Source: an uncultured Candidatus Saccharibacteria bacterium (lineage in GTDB: Bacteria > Patescibacteriota > Minisyncoccia > Phycocordibacterales > UBA2100). From it: a stretch of DNA of 64,000 nt. Every line of letters starts with the position of its first letter. The first letter of the stretch is position 1. This document shows positions 28,859 through 39,049 of this stretch, piece after piece. The position numbers and the translations under genes were made by a program. Under the pieces are notes generated by a model. It searched no databases. It had not been told where the DNA came from and saw only the letters and a list, made by a program, of their open reading frames with translations. The DNA lies in assembly GCA_964434285.1 (NCBI GenBank), contig CAYSUJ010000002.1, positions 57,913 to 121,912 of the forward strand, in the 5' to 3' direction.

Positions 28859-31231
28859 TCATTGAGCGCTAAAGGTAGTGGTGTGCTCAACAGGTCCAAG
28901 AAGGCTGTCTGCAACCGCCCGGAGCGATTGGATTCCTGGTGTGCGCGGCTGCACTGCGATCACATATGGTGCCTGCGCCGATACCCCAACAAATTCACCG
29001 TTCAAATAATAGGTGACACTTCGGATCCCAAGGAGGGGATCGAATGAAACAGATGTATCGAAGGGTGTTGTAAAGGGAATTTGAGCTGCTGGCGCAGGTG
29101 ACGTAATGCGGAAGTTTACATTCTGTGCGCTTGTTGTTCCAGTGCCGAGTCCGTTTGCCCATGCGCTCGCAGCGTACTCCCAATAGGGGAACTGAGCATC
29201 GCTGAAATTTGGTGAACCACTACGCGGGGAATCCTTATTCACCCAGTAGAGGATATCGTGGAGTCCGAGTGAGGGGTTCGTGTTCCATTCGCCACGGAGG
29301 ACGGGTGGAAGGGTGGCTTCTTCAGGATCTGGTGCGGGAGGAGTGAATTCACCCGAACTATATTTTTCGATCGCCAAGGTCATAAATTCATTCCAGAGTG
29401 GCGCGATTACGAATGATGCGACGCGTCGCTCGAGAGGCGTATTGTCGTTGTTACCGCCCCATGCTCCGACGGAAATAGAGGGCGTGTAGCCAACAATCCA
29501 CACATCGCGATAGTCGTTTGTGGTGCCCGTTTTTGCCGCAACGTCGTGTCCGGGGAAGTGGAGCGGAGAGTTTGCGCCGAACGCAGGTGTGCGCGCATTG
29601 TTATCGGAGAGTACGTCGTTCACAAGTCGAGCCACCTGGGGGTCGAGCGCGCGGATCTCGTGTTTCTCGTAGGATTCAAGCACTTCTCCTTTGCTATCCT
29701 CCACACTCAAAACACCGGTACTCGCATTTCTGATTCCCTCATTCGCAAAAACACTATACGCGCTCGTGATGTCGAAAAGGGTCACTTCGCCACCTCCGAG
29801 TACGAGGGTGAGGCCGTAGCGATCCTGGTCTTCAAGCGTGGAGATACCCATATCGCGCGCAGTCTCAATTGATTCAGGTATACCCGCAAGATAGAGCGTC
29901 TTCACGGCAGGTATGTTTTGCGATTGTGCGAGTGCGTTGCGGAGCGTTATTGGGCCCTTAAAAGAGCCGTCGTAATTCCCAGGGCTGTAGCAGGGAGGTT
30001 CTGAATTGAGTACATCAGAAACGCTGCAGGCTGTTGAGAACTGGGTGGGGACATCAAAGACCACTGTCTCCGGGGTGTAGCCCTTTTCAAACGCCGTCGC
30101 GTAGACGAATGGCTTGAATGAGGAGCCTGGTTGGCGCTTAGCAAGGGCCACATTCACTTTTCCGTCAATGTCTTCGTCAAAATAGCCGCGGGATCCGACC
30201 ATGACAAGCACTTGACCTGTTTTGGGATCAACAGCGACAAGGCCTGCGTTTTCTGCATTAAAATTCTTCTCATTTTCGAGCGCGCGACGATTCACAATCT
30301 CTTCCGCCTTCAATTGGAGCTCCCAGTCAAGCGACGTGACGACACGGAGGCCACCTTGTGCAACAAGATCTGCGCCGTATTTTTCTTCGAGATATTCAAG
30401 GACATAGAAAACAAAATGTGGTGCCTTTATGCCAGAATCACTTTGTGGGCGGAAGGTAACCTGTTCAGCGCTCGCCGTCGTATATTCTTCATCGTTTATA
30501 TAGCCAAGGTCACGCATGCGGGAGAGCACGAGGTTCTTTCTACCCTCAAGCTCCTCGCGGCGGTTGCCGTAGGGAGAATAGCGTGTCGGTGCCTGGGGAA
30601 GAGCAGCGATGTATGCTGCCTCGGCAATTGTGACGTCCTTTGCTGGCTTGCCGAAGAAGTATTGCGTTGCCTCCTCGACGCCGTAAATCGTTCCTCCGTA
30701 CGAAGTTTCATTAAGATATATCGTCAGAATCTCGTCTTTGGTGGCGATGTGTTCAAGTTTCATCGCAAGCACAATCTCTTTCGCCTTGCGAATCAAAGTT
30801 TTGTCCTGTGTGAGAAGAGTGTTCTTCACTACCTGCTGCGTGATGGTCGAGCCACCTTGCCCTACGATGCCGGGGATGAGGCGAAGGTTCACGAGGACCG
30901 CGCGGAGGAAAGAGAGTGGGCGAAATCCTTTGTGCTGGTAGAAACTATCGTCTTCGATCGCGACCGATGCGTTGCGGATGTAAGGCGAAATAGCGTCAAG
31001 GGGTACTTCGGTGCGGCGCATGGTGCCGTGAACATCGTACAGAAGCACCTCACCCGTACGATCGTAAATTTTTGTGCTCTCACCAACAATGCGGTTCTCG
31101 ATGGTGTCTACCGCGGGGACGGATGCAAAAAATGCCCATGCAACAAACACGCCACCTGCAGCAATTGCAAGGAGGATACCAAAACGCATAGTATGATGCG
31201 CGACACGGCGATGTTTGCTATGTGTACTCAT
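28859..31231 (-). CDS. Class A penicillin-binding protein (transglycosylase/transpeptidase) with C-terminal Ig-like domain
   Basis: EDDSFYQH, GGSTITQQ, RKAKE, QPGSSFKP (SxxK), SQN, KTGT. Confidence 0.93.
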   Translation of the reverse strand: MSTHSKHRRVAHHTMRFGILLAIAAGGVFVAWAFFASVPAVDTIENRIVGESTKIYDRTGEVLLYDVHGTMRRTEVPLDAISPYIRNASVAIEDDSFYQHKGFRPLSFLRAVLVNLRLIPGIVGQGGSTITQQVVKNTLLTQDKTLIRKAKEIVLAMKLEHIATKDEILTIYLNETSYGGTIYGVEEATQYFFGKPAKDVTIAEAAYIAALPQAPTRYSPYGNRREELEGRKNLVLSRMRDLGYINDEEYTTASAEQVTFRPQSDSGIKAPHFVFYVLEYLEEKYGADLVAQGGLRVVTSLDWELQLKAEEIVNRRALENEKNFNAENAGLVAVDPKTGQVLVMVGSRGYFDEDIDGKVNVALAKRQPGSSFKPFVYATAFEKGYTPETVVFDVPTQFSTACSVSDVLNSEPPCYSPGNYDGSFKGPITLRNALAQSQNIPAVKTLYLAGIPESIETARDMGISTLEDQDRYGLTLVLGGGEVTLFDITSAYSVFANEGIRNASTGVLSVEDSKGEVLESYEKHEIRALDPQVARLVNDVLSDNNARTPAFGANSPLHFPGHDVAAKTGTTNDYRDVWIVGYTPSISVGAWGGNNDNTPLERRVASFVIAPLWNEFMTLAIEKYSSGEFTPPAPDPEEATLPPVLRGEWNTNPSLGLHDILYWVNKDSPRSGSPNFSDAQFPYWEYAASAWANGLGTGTTSAQNVNFRITSPAPAAQIPFTTPFDTSVSFDPLLGIRSVTYYLNGEFVGVSAQAPYVIAVQPRTPGIQSLRAVADSLLGPVEHTTTFSAQ

Positions 31232-31318
31232 ATGTTAGGAGCGCGCACGTATTAAAAGTCTACCGTGTCTCTCGCATTCTGCCCAGCTCAGCTCTAAGAC
31301 GCAGATGATGCTCGGACA

Positions 31319-31789
31319 TTACCGCGAGTGGGCGAGATGGGTGAGGCCGACGGCGATCGCATCGTATTCATCGTCGTGACGAATGGGTTTCTCAATCTTG
31401 AGAAGGATGTTGAGCATCGAAGCCACTTGTTTTTTGTCGGCGCGGCCACTGCCAGTGGTTGCACTTTTTATCTGTGCTGGGGTGTATTCAAAAGAGCGAA
31501 TGCCAGCGACAGTAGCTACCTGCATCAAGGCGCCACGAACTTCCGCCACCTGCATCGCGGTTTTCTGGTTTGAGTTGAAAAACAAACGCTCCATCGCAAG
31601 GGCGTCCGGCGCGTGCAGCCGAATCAAGCGCTCACACTCAGCAACCACTTGCGCCATGCGTTCGGTAAAGCCGTCTTTTGTGGAGGTTTCGATGCAATCT
31701 GAATAGAGCCACTGCTCTTTTCCATTATTCTTTTCAAGAATGGCAACACCGCAGCGTCCGTATCCGGGGTCGATGGCAATCACTTTCAT
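31319..31789 (-). CDS. ruvC: Holliday junction resolvase RuvC
   Basis: IDPGYGRCG, ERLFFNSN, GRADKKQV, DDEYDA. Confidence 0.93.
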   Translation of the reverse strand: MKVIAIDPGYGRCGVAILEKNNGKEQWLYSDCIETSTKDGFTERMAQVVAECERLIRLHAPDALAMERLFFNSNQKTAMQVAEVRGALMQVATVAGIRSFEYTPAQIKSATTGSGRADKKQVASMLNILLKIEKPIRHDDEYDAIAVGLTHLAHSR

Positions 31790-31801
31790 GTCCCAATCGT
31801 A

Positions 31802-32332
31802 TCACTCGGCATTCGTGTACACTTCCTGCACATCATCAAGAGCATCCATGAGCTCTAGCGCTTTCATAAGGATTTCGTCGTCTTCCGGGGAGAGTGGAAT
31901 GGGGGCAGTGGGGGTGTAGCCCTCGTCGCCTTTCGTGAACGCCCAGAGGGCGGCGCCGGGAGCCGCGAGTGCAATTGCATGTTTCGCGAATATTGCCTTC
32001 AGCCCCTGAAGTGTGCGGTTGGTGTTGTCGGTGACCGCTTCGATGATGATGGCGGCACCCCCAGGGCCGTATGCTTCGTAGACGACCTGCTCCATGGCGC
32101 TTGCGTCTGCCGAGGTGCCTTTGGCGACTGCGCGCTCGATAGTGTCTTTCGGCATGTTGGCTTTCTTTGCGGTTTCAATAATTGAGCGGAGCCCGGCAGA
32201 ATTCACGTCACCATTCGCTTTCTTACTCTCCACGGCAATGCGGCGCCCAAGCTTCCCCCACAAATTACTCTTCGCAGCATCCGCCGCGCCCTTCTGCCTC
32301 TTTATCTGCGCCCATTTATTATGTCCAGCCAT
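31802..32332 (-). CDS. yebC: YebC/PmpR family protein (short)
   Basis: MAGHNKWAQIKRQKG, YEAYGPGG, DDVQEVYTN. Confidence 0.93.
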   Translation of the reverse strand: MAGHNKWAQIKRQKGAADAAKSNLWGKLGRRIAVESKKANGDVNSAGLRSIIETAKKANMPKDTIERAVAKGTSADASAMEQVVYEAYGPGGAAIIIEAVTDNTNRTLQGLKAIFAKHAIALAAPGAALWAFTKGDEGYTPTAPIPLSPEDDEILMKALELMDALDDVQEVYTNAE

Positions 32333-32358
32333 GACGACGTTGTATCGCAGAACGCACC

Positions 32359-33375
32359 TCAAATCAATTTTGGTTGATCCATTTTTGGCATTTCTGCCCC
32401 CAGGTGCGCATATCCTTTCTCTGTGGCCACACGCCCGCGTGGAGTTCGCTCCAGAAGACCAAGTTGCATAAGGTAGGGCTCGTGGACCTCTTCGATCGTC
32501 GCTTCTTCTTCTGAGAGCGCGGCGGAGATGGTTTTGAGGCCGACGGGACCGCCTTTGAATTTGTCGATGAGGATTCCCAGAATGTCTCGGTCTATTTGAT
32601 TCAGGCCGAGTTCGTCCACTTCTAGAAGCGCGAGTGCTTTTTTCACCGTCTTTAGATCGAGCATCTCGTCGCTCACCTGTGCGAAGTCGCGACAGCGCTT
32701 CAAGAGATAGTTCGCGGTGCGGGGTGTTGCGCGGGAGCGGCGGGAGATTTCTTTCACCGAATCATCATCGACGGCGATCTCGAGAATTTTTGCTGAGCGA
32801 TGGAGGATGGTGCCAATCTCCGCCTCGGTGTAGTAGGTGAGGCGGAACGTGCCGCCGGAAAAGCGTGAGCGAAGCGGTGAGGAGAGCATCGAGATGCGTG
32901 TGGTTGCTGCGATGAGGGTGAATGGCGGGAGCTCGAGTTGCACGGTGCGCGCCGAAGGACCCTTGCCGATCACGATATCGAGGACGCCGGACTCCATAGC
33001 GGGGTACAGAATCTCTTCAATCGTGCGATTGAGGCGGTGAATTTCGTCGATGAAGAGCACATCACCCGGTGAGAGGTTGGTGAGAATGGAGGCGAGATCG
33101 CCTACGCGCTCTATTGCGGGGCCCGAGGTGGAGCGAAGGGAGGAGCCGATCTCTTTCGTTATCAAATGGGCGAGCGTCGTCTTCCCGAGACCGGGCGGAC
33201 CATACAAAAGAATGTGTTCCGGTTGCTGAGATCGACCCTTGGCAGCGGCGAGGAGGATGCGAAGGTTCTCCTTGATGGTGGCTTGTCCTACATATTCGTC
33301 CCAAATGCCAGGGCGGAGTGCCTGGTCGAGCGAGCGAGCGGACTTACCTATAGTTTCTTGGGTTTTTTGGGACAT
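32359..33375 (-). CDS. ruvB: Holliday junction branch migration helicase RuvB
   Basis: LRP...EYVGQ, GPPGLGKTTLA, FIDEIHRL, RTPRGR. Confidence 0.97.
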   Translation of the reverse strand: MSQKTQETIGKSARSLDQALRPGIWDEYVGQATIKENLRILLAAAKGRSQQPEHILLYGPPGLGKTTLAHLITKEIGSSLRSTSGPAIERVGDLASILTNLSPGDVLFIDEIHRLNRTIEEILYPAMESGVLDIVIGKGPSARTVQLELPPFTLIAATTRISMLSSPLRSRFSGGTFRLTYYTEAEIGTILHRSAKILEIAVDDDSVKEISRRSRATPRTANYLLKRCRDFAQVSDEMLDLKTVKKALALLEVDELGLNQIDRDILGILIDKFKGGPVGLKTISAALSEEEATIEEVHEPYLMQLGLLERTPRGRVATEKGYAHLGAEMPKMDQPKLI

Positions 33376-33376
33376 A

Positions 33377-33405
33377 TTGACAACAGCACCCTGACATGCT
33401 ACACT
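33377..33405 (+). promoter_or_regulatory. Sigma70 promoter firing into a non-coding region
   Basis: TTGACA-17 bp-TACACT with extended TG. Confidence 0.75.
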
Positions 33406-33471
33406 AGCTGACAGAAGTGGCGTTACCGCGCCATTTTTTGTTTGCCACGAAGGCACAACAAAACTCAATCA

Positions 33472-33611
33472 GGGGCGCAGATCTCCGAGCATACCAGGAC
33501 TCCTTCAAGGATGAGGCGGTGCCCGCTTTATGCGGATCCACTACCTCTTTCCTCAGACTTTGTCCGACTTTCGATGTTCTATTGAAAGCATGCTCGGAGA
33601 TGTGCGACTCT
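33472..33611 (+). ncRNA. Candidate ncRNA, rod-shaped with asymmetric bubble (6S-like)
   Basis: Closing stem ATCTCCGAGCAT/ATGCTCGGAGAT, inner stems GAGGCGGTG/CACTACCTC and CCGC/GCGG, side hairpin CTTTCGAT/ATTGAAAG; lies downstream of a promoter. Confidence 0.5.
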
Positions 33612-33687
33612 CACGAGAATTTCTACAGAAACGATAGCATCGAAACGCGAATACACAACATATTTTTCGTGTCGTGATGTACACGAT

Positions 33688-33763
33688 ACAAAAAACACCG
33701 ACGCAAGCCCGCACACTAATGTAAAAACAAACATTAGTGTGCGGGCAAGTCGGTGTTTTTTGT
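33688..33763. repeat. Long hairpin: terminator-like outer stem enclosing a CCCGCACAC/GTGTGCGGG palindrome
   Basis: 15-bp outer and 16-bp inner perfect arms. Confidence 0.8.
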
Positions 33764-33880
33764 GATTGTTCGGGCAAAATATGTTCTGAGGGTCTCTCGC
33801 AGGTCGACGGGCCGAGAGTGAGCGCTGGCAGAGCACTGCCAGACAGCGACCCGAAGAACATATTTTGACTGAACAAACCT

Positions 33881-35575
33881 TTATGAAATTGTTTCGAGCA
33901 TCACTTCGTCGTGAAGATCGACGACGCGGCCAAGTTCATCGAGTGATGTGACGCCTTGTAAGACTTTCACCGCGCCGTCTTGTGCCATGCGGCGGATTTG
34001 TTGGGGTTTTGCCGCGCGCCAGATCTCGCGTTCGCTCGTTGTGGTGCGGATCACCGCTTCTACTGCTTTGTCCATGAGAATAACTTCAACAACACCAACG
34101 CGGCCTTTGTAGCCGATGCCGCCACACTTTTCGCAACCCTTGGCGACCCATGATGTATCGCGCTTTTCCGGTACACCCTCCGGGTGGGGGATGTGTGCGA
34201 GGAGGAGTTCCATCGTGTGTGCGTCTTCTGGCGAGAGCGGTGTTTCCACACGGCAGTGTTCGCAGAGTTTGCGCACGAGGCGTTGTGCCATCGAAACGGT
34301 GAGAGCGGCGCCGAGAATATCAGCGTGCATGCCCATGTCGATGAGGCGGGGGAAGGTACCCGCGGCGTCGTTCGTGTGAAGCGTCGAGAACACCAAGTGA
34401 CCGGTGAGCGAGGCATTCACGGCAGTGGAGGCCACTTCTGCATCGCGGATCTCGCCAACCATGATGATGTCGGGGTCCTGGCGGAGTGTGGAGCGCAAGC
34501 CCGAAGCGAAGGTGTAGTCTTTCGAGACTTGCGTCTGCACGACGCCAGGAAGGTGATATTCGATCGGGTCTTCGATTGTCACCACTTTGATTTCAGGGTT
34601 CGAGACTTGTTTCAGGAATGCGTAGAGTGTTGTTGTTTTACCGCTACCAGTCGGGCCGGTGTTGAGAATCATGCCGTTTGGCTTCGCAATTTCCTTATTG
34701 AAAATCTCCATCAGATACGAATCGAAGCCGAGCTTCTCCATCGGGAGTGCGATTGTGGATGGATCGAGAATACGCATCACGATGGTTTCTGCATAGGCGC
34801 CCGGAAGCACCGAGGCACGGATTTCTATCTCTTTTTCGTTGACCTGAATGGAGAAGCGGCCGTCTTGTGCGGCGTTTTTCACGTTGAGCTTGAGTCCGGA
34901 GAGGAGTTTGAGGCGAGACGAGAGAAGATTGTAGGTAGGGCCGTCGAATATGGTTACTTCAATGAGGACGCCGTCGAGGCGATAGCGCATGCGCACACCG
35001 GTTTCCTCCGGCTCGAGGTGCACGTCGGATGCTCCGAGTGCGAGTGCTCCAGCCATGATGACTTCCAAGACGCGTGAGATGCGATGGGTGTCTTTACTTC
35101 CTGCTAGATTTTGAATTTCTACCTTCACATCTGCAAGCGTCTTTATTTCCGCCAGCATGCGCTGGATGGTTTCGTTGGAGAGTGTGAGGAGGCCGGCCTC
35201 TGTTTCGGTTGCAAATGAGATGTCGTGGTAGCGGTCCCATGCGTGATCAAGCGAGGCGCGAGAAACGATAAAGCGGCGCACCTCAAACCCGAGGCGCTCA
35301 ACATTTTGTATGGTGCGCACCGTGTCGTCGCGCTCGGGGGAGCGAGCGGCGATCCAGATTTTTTTATTCAGCTTATGAAAAGCGGCCACTTCGGTTTCGC
35401 GCGCGTCTTTTTCAGGGATCAGGCGGAGTGCATCGGTATCAATAGACTTTTTAGTGAGATCCACATACTCGACGCCGTATTTACCCGCAAGCATTTCTGC
35501 AAGCTGCTCTTCCTCGCGTCGATGCAGCTCCTCCAAGCGCTCTTCCTGCTTATGCTCATTGAATTGGGCTCCCAT
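33881..35575 (-). CDS. pilB: GspE/PilB type IV pilus assembly ATPase
   Basis: ASDVHLEP, AQDGRF, GPTGSGKTTTLY, TIEDPIEY, LRQDPD, GHLVFSTLH, Zn-binding Cys pairs. Confidence 0.9.
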   Translation of the reverse strand: MGAQFNEHKQEERLEELHRREEEQLAEMLAGKYGVEYVDLTKKSIDTDALRLIPEKDARETEVAAFHKLNKKIWIAARSPERDDTVRTIQNVERLGFEVRRFIVSRASLDHAWDRYHDISFATETEAGLLTLSNETIQRMLAEIKTLADVKVEIQNLAGSKDTHRISRVLEVIMAGALALGASDVHLEPEETGVRMRYRLDGVLIEVTIFDGPTYNLLSSRLKLLSGLKLNVKNAAQDGRFSIQVNEKEIEIRASVLPGAYAETIVMRILDPSTIALPMEKLGFDSYLMEIFNKEIAKPNGMILNTGPTGSGKTTTLYAFLKQVSNPEIKVVTIEDPIEYHLPGVVQTQVSKDYTFASGLRSTLRQDPDIIMVGEIRDAEVASTAVNASLTGHLVFSTLHTNDAAGTFPRLIDMGMHADILGAALTVSMAQRLVRKLCEHCRVETPLSPEDAHTMELLLAHIPHPEGVPEKRDTSWVAKGCEKCGGIGYKGRVGVVEVILMDKAVEAVIRTTTSEREIWRAAKPQQIRRMAQDGAVKVLQGVTSLDELGRVVDLHDEVMLETIS

Positions 35576-35595
35576 GCGTATATAGTAGCGCACGT

Positions 35596-36057
35596 ATGGG
35601 TATGCATCTCAAAAACCTCGAAGACGTGCGGACAGAGGCGGCGCGATTCGCCTCTTCGTGCGTACCAGGCGCAGGCGCGACGGTCGTCACGCTTTCGGGT
35701 GAGCTTGGTGCCGGGAAGACGACGTTTATGCAGGGAATCGCGCGAGCGCTCGGCGTGGAAGAGGCGGTGACGAGCCCGACGTTTGTCATTATGAAGATCT
35801 ATGACCTCGTAGATCAGCCATTCAAGCGGCTTGTGCACATGGATGCGTATCGCCTGAAGGGTAAGGAGCATTTGCGGGTGTTGGGGTGGGATGCCCTTAT
35901 TGCGGATCCGGCAAATCTTATCTGTATTGAGTGGCCAGAAAAAATCGAGGGTGCGATTCCTGAAGATGCGATACGCATCACACTTCGGTATAGTGGTGAG
36001 GGGCGAGAGATTATCTATGGCACAGAAAAAAACGACACAACGACTCCTCATACTTGA
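35596..36057 (+). CDS. tsaE: t6A biosynthesis ATPase TsaE
   Basis: GELGAGKT, VTSPTF, HMDAYRL, IEWPE. Confidence 0.95.
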   Translation: MGMHLKNLEDVRTEAARFASSCVPGAGATVVTLSGELGAGKTTFMQGIARALGVEEAVTSPTFVIMKIYDLVDQPFKRLVHMDAYRLKGKEHLRVLGWDALIADPANLICIEWPEKIEGAIPEDAIRITLRYSGEGREIIYGTEKNDTTTPHT

Positions 36058-38401
36058 TTCGCACGCGATACTGCACCGTGCGTTCCATGCGATTCCAGAT
36101 TTTGCCACCTCAAAAGGTGAGCCGACAGGCGCTCTCTATGGGCTCATTACGATGCTTCTCAAGTCGATCTATGATTTCAGTCCTGATTACATTGTGGCTG
36201 CGCGGGATCTCCCGGGCGGCACGTTTCGCGACGAACTCTTTGCGGACTACAAGGGTAAGCGCGCAGAAATTGACGAAGGACTCGTCTCTCAATTATCAAA
36301 AGCTCCGGCGCTCCTCGAGGCGTTCGGTATTCCTGTCTATTCCGCCGAGGGGTTTGAAGCAGATGATGTGATTGGGACGATTGTGGAAAAATTGAAGAAG
36401 AAAGATGTGGAGATCATCATCGCGACGGGAGACGCCGACATGTTTCAGCTCGTGGAGGAGAAGAAGGTGCGCGTGTTTCACTTGCGGCAAGGTATCAATG
36501 ACTTAGTGCTCTACGACGATGAGCGCGTGCGTGAGCGCTATGGCTTTGGCGCGGAGCACGTCATTGATTACAAGGGAATTCGCGGAGACACGTCGGACAA
36601 CATCCCTGGCGTGCCGGGTGTTGGTGAGGGAAGTGCGACGAAACTGATTAATATATTCGGTTCACTTGAAGAGCTGTATGCAGCGATAAAGGAAGATGGC
36701 GTTGAGGATGTTGCGAAAGAGGCGGGAGTGCAGAAGCGCTACGTGCAGCTCGTTGCCGACAATAAGAAGCAGGCACTCTTCTCGCGCGAGCTTGCCACAA
36801 TCAGTCGAAAAGCGCCGATACCGTTTGCGCTGCCAGACAAAGAATGGAACGTGATTGATCACATAGCCTCTATCGATGCTGTGTGCGACACGTATGAATT
36901 TCGCTCCATCAAAGAGCGCTTGCATAGCAAGGTGAAGACACTGGGCGCGGCGGATGTTGTGAATGAAGAAGTCGTGGAGGAGGAAGTGCTCGATGGGCGT
37001 GTTGTTAAAGAGGTGGCAATCATGCTGTGGTTACTGAATTCTGAGATGGGAAGCGCCACTCTGCAGGAGATACTCGATTATTCGGGAAAGAAAACGTTTG
37101 CCGAGGCGCGCGCGGTTATTGAAAAGAAATTGCGCGAGACGGGGCGCTTGCAGGAAGTTTTTGATGAAATAGAACAGCCACTCATTCGCGTTGTTGGGGA
37201 GATGAATGCGCGCGGTGTGTGTATCGACAAGAAGAATCTCCAAGGGCTTGAGAAGGAGTACCGTACGTCACTCGGTGAAATTGCGGGACGCATCTTCCAG
37301 CATGCGGGGCGTGAGTTCAATATCAATTCCCCTCGCCAGCTCGCCGTTGTCATCTATGATGAACTCAAGCTTGAGCCCGAGAAGCAGAAAAAAACGGCAA
37401 CAGGTCAGCGTACGACAAAAGAGGAGGAGCTCGCAAAACTTTCTGATCAGCATCCGATCATTGAAGACATTCTCCAATTTCGTGAGTTGCAGAAGTTGCT
37501 TTCGACCTACATCGAGAAGATGTTGGAATTGATTGCGCCCGACGGACGATTGCGTGCCGAATTTTTACAAAACAGCACGGTGACCGGGCGCATGGGATGC
37601 AAGGATCCGAATCTTCAGAACATTCCCATACGCACGGAATACGGTCGTCGTATTAGAAGCGCGTTTATTGCTCCTGAAGGAAAGACACTGATCGCGCTTG
37701 ATTATTCGCAGATCGAACTCCGTATAGCGGCGGGGCTTTCGGGGGATACAAAACTCATTACGGTGTTTCAAGAAAAACACGACATTCATACCGCGGTTGC
37801 CGCGAATGTGTTTAACGTTGTGCCGGCAGATGTCGATAAAGAGATGCGCCATCGAGCAAAGATCATCAACTTTGGCATTCTCTATGGCATGGGGGCGAAT
37901 GCGCTCCGGCAGAATCTGGGTGGAAGTGTGACGCGCGATGAGGCGGCGCTTTATCTTGAAAACTATTTTGCGCAGTACCCCGGGCTCTCGGCGTGGGTCG
38001 AGAGTATTAAGAACTCTGCAAAAGAGAAGGGATATGTCGAAACATTCTTCGGGCGTCGTCGGTATCTCCCTGGTTTTAAGTCAGCAATCCCGATGCTCCG
38101 CGCGCAGGCTGAGCGCTTTGCGGTGAATGCGCCCATCCAGGGGACTCAGGCGGACATCATTAAGCTTGCGATGGTGCGTGCTGACAAGCTCATTGAAAAG
38201 AAAGGCTGGCGAGATCGCGTGGGGCTTCTCCTCCAGGTGCATGACGAACTCGTGTATGAAGTTGACGATGAGTTGGTCGAAGAAGTCGGCACCGCCATTA
38301 AGGATGTGATGGAGTCGGCTCTCCCGAAGGGCTCTCTCGGTGGTGTTCCTATTATTGCGGAGATGGCGCGGGGCACGAACTGGGGCGATATGCAGAAATA
38401 G
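36017..38401 (+). CDS. polA: DNA polymerase I (5'-3' exonuclease + polymerase; 3'-5' exonuclease region reduced)
   Basis: EADDVI, GDTSDNIPGV, DYSQIELR, AKIINFGILYG, NAPIQGT, QVHDEL. Confidence 0.96.
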   Translation: MAQKKTTQRLLILDSHAILHRAFHAIPDFATSKGEPTGALYGLITMLLKSIYDFSPDYIVAARDLPGGTFRDELFADYKGKRAEIDEGLVSQLSKAPALLEAFGIPVYSAEGFEADDVIGTIVEKLKKKDVEIIIATGDADMFQLVEEKKVRVFHLRQGINDLVLYDDERVRERYGFGAEHVIDYKGIRGDTSDNIPGVPGVGEGSATKLINIFGSLEELYAAIKEDGVEDVAKEAGVQKRYVQLVADNKKQALFSRELATISRKAPIPFALPDKEWNVIDHIASIDAVCDTYEFRSIKERLHSKVKTLGAADVVNEEVVEEEVLDGRVVKEVAIMLWLLNSEMGSATLQEILDYSGKKTFAEARAVIEKKLRETGRLQEVFDEIEQPLIRVVGEMNARGVCIDKKNLQGLEKEYRTSLGEIAGRIFQHAGREFNINSPRQLAVVIYDELKLEPEKQKKTATGQRTTKEEELAKLSDQHPIIEDILQFRELQKLLSTYIEKMLELIAPDGRLRAEFLQNSTVTGRMGCKDPNLQNIPIRTEYGRRIRSAFIAPEGKTLIALDYSQIELRIAAGLSGDTKLITVFQEKHDIHTAVAANVFNVVPADVDKEMRHRAKIINFGILYGMGANALRQNLGGSVTRDEAALYLENYFAQYPGLSAWVESIKNSAKEKGYVETFFGRRRYLPGFKSAIPMLRAQAERFAVNAPIQGTQADIIKLAMVRADKLIEKKGWRDRVGLLLQVHDELVYEVDDELVEEVGTAIKDVMESALPKGSLGGVPIIAEMARGTNWGDMQK

Positions 38402-38402
38402 T

Positions 38403-39035
38403 ATGTTATCTGTATTCATCGGAACCGACAGAGAAAAAGCGCGTGCGGCGCTTGAGAAGCGCGTGGAGAAAGAGGCGAAAGGTGCACGGGTGGTGCGGAT
38501 TACTGATGCGCATGCACTAGCCGACTTTGAGACTGTGTTGCAAGGCGGCGGCATGTTTGCCGAGAAGCGCGTGCTCGTGTTTGAGAACGTGTGTGAGAAC
38601 GATGAGATGGAGCCAGTACTTCTTGCAGCATTACCGAGGCTTGCTGAGAGTGATGACAAAGTGTTTGTGTATGAAATGAAGCCGCTCGCGGATTTGAAGA
38701 AGCAGCTTCAGAAGTACGCGGAGGATTTTGAGACGCACGATGTGCCGAAACGTGGGCGTGAAAATGATATTTTTGCGCTCGCGAACGCACTGCGCGCGCG
38801 CAATAAAAAGCAGCTCTGGGTGGGTTATATGCGTGAGGTCGCAAAAGGTTCCGCACCGGAAGCCACGCATGGCTTTCTCTTTTGGGCGGCTAAAGACATG
38901 TACCTCAAATCAGGCGGAAGAGATGTTGGTGCCGCGAAGCTTATCGCCGAGCTTACGGAATTGCCGCACGTGGCGAGAAGGAAGGGGGAGGATTTGGATT
39001 ATGCACTTGAGCGGTTTGTGCTCTCCATAAAATGA
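38403..39035 (+). CDS. Short DNA polymerase III delta-like protein
   Basis: GGMFAEKRVLV, DIFALANAL; HolA-like pattern. Confidence 0.55.
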   Translation: MLSVFIGTDREKARAALEKRVEKEAKGARVVRITDAHALADFETVLQGGGMFAEKRVLVFENVCENDEMEPVLLAALPRLAESDDKVFVYEMKPLADLKKQLQKYAEDFETHDVPKRGRENDIFALANALRARNKKQLWVGYMREVAKGSAPEATHGFLFWAAKDMYLKSGGRDVGAAKLIAELTELPHVARRKGEDLDYALERFVLSIK

Positions 39036-39049
39036 TTCATTATGAGGGT

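Noticed and set aside
33410-33878. RNase P RNA, tmRNA or SRP RNA
   Set aside because: No GAGGAAAGUCC with its P4 partner, no tRNA-like tmRNA ends and no SRP helix-8 motif.
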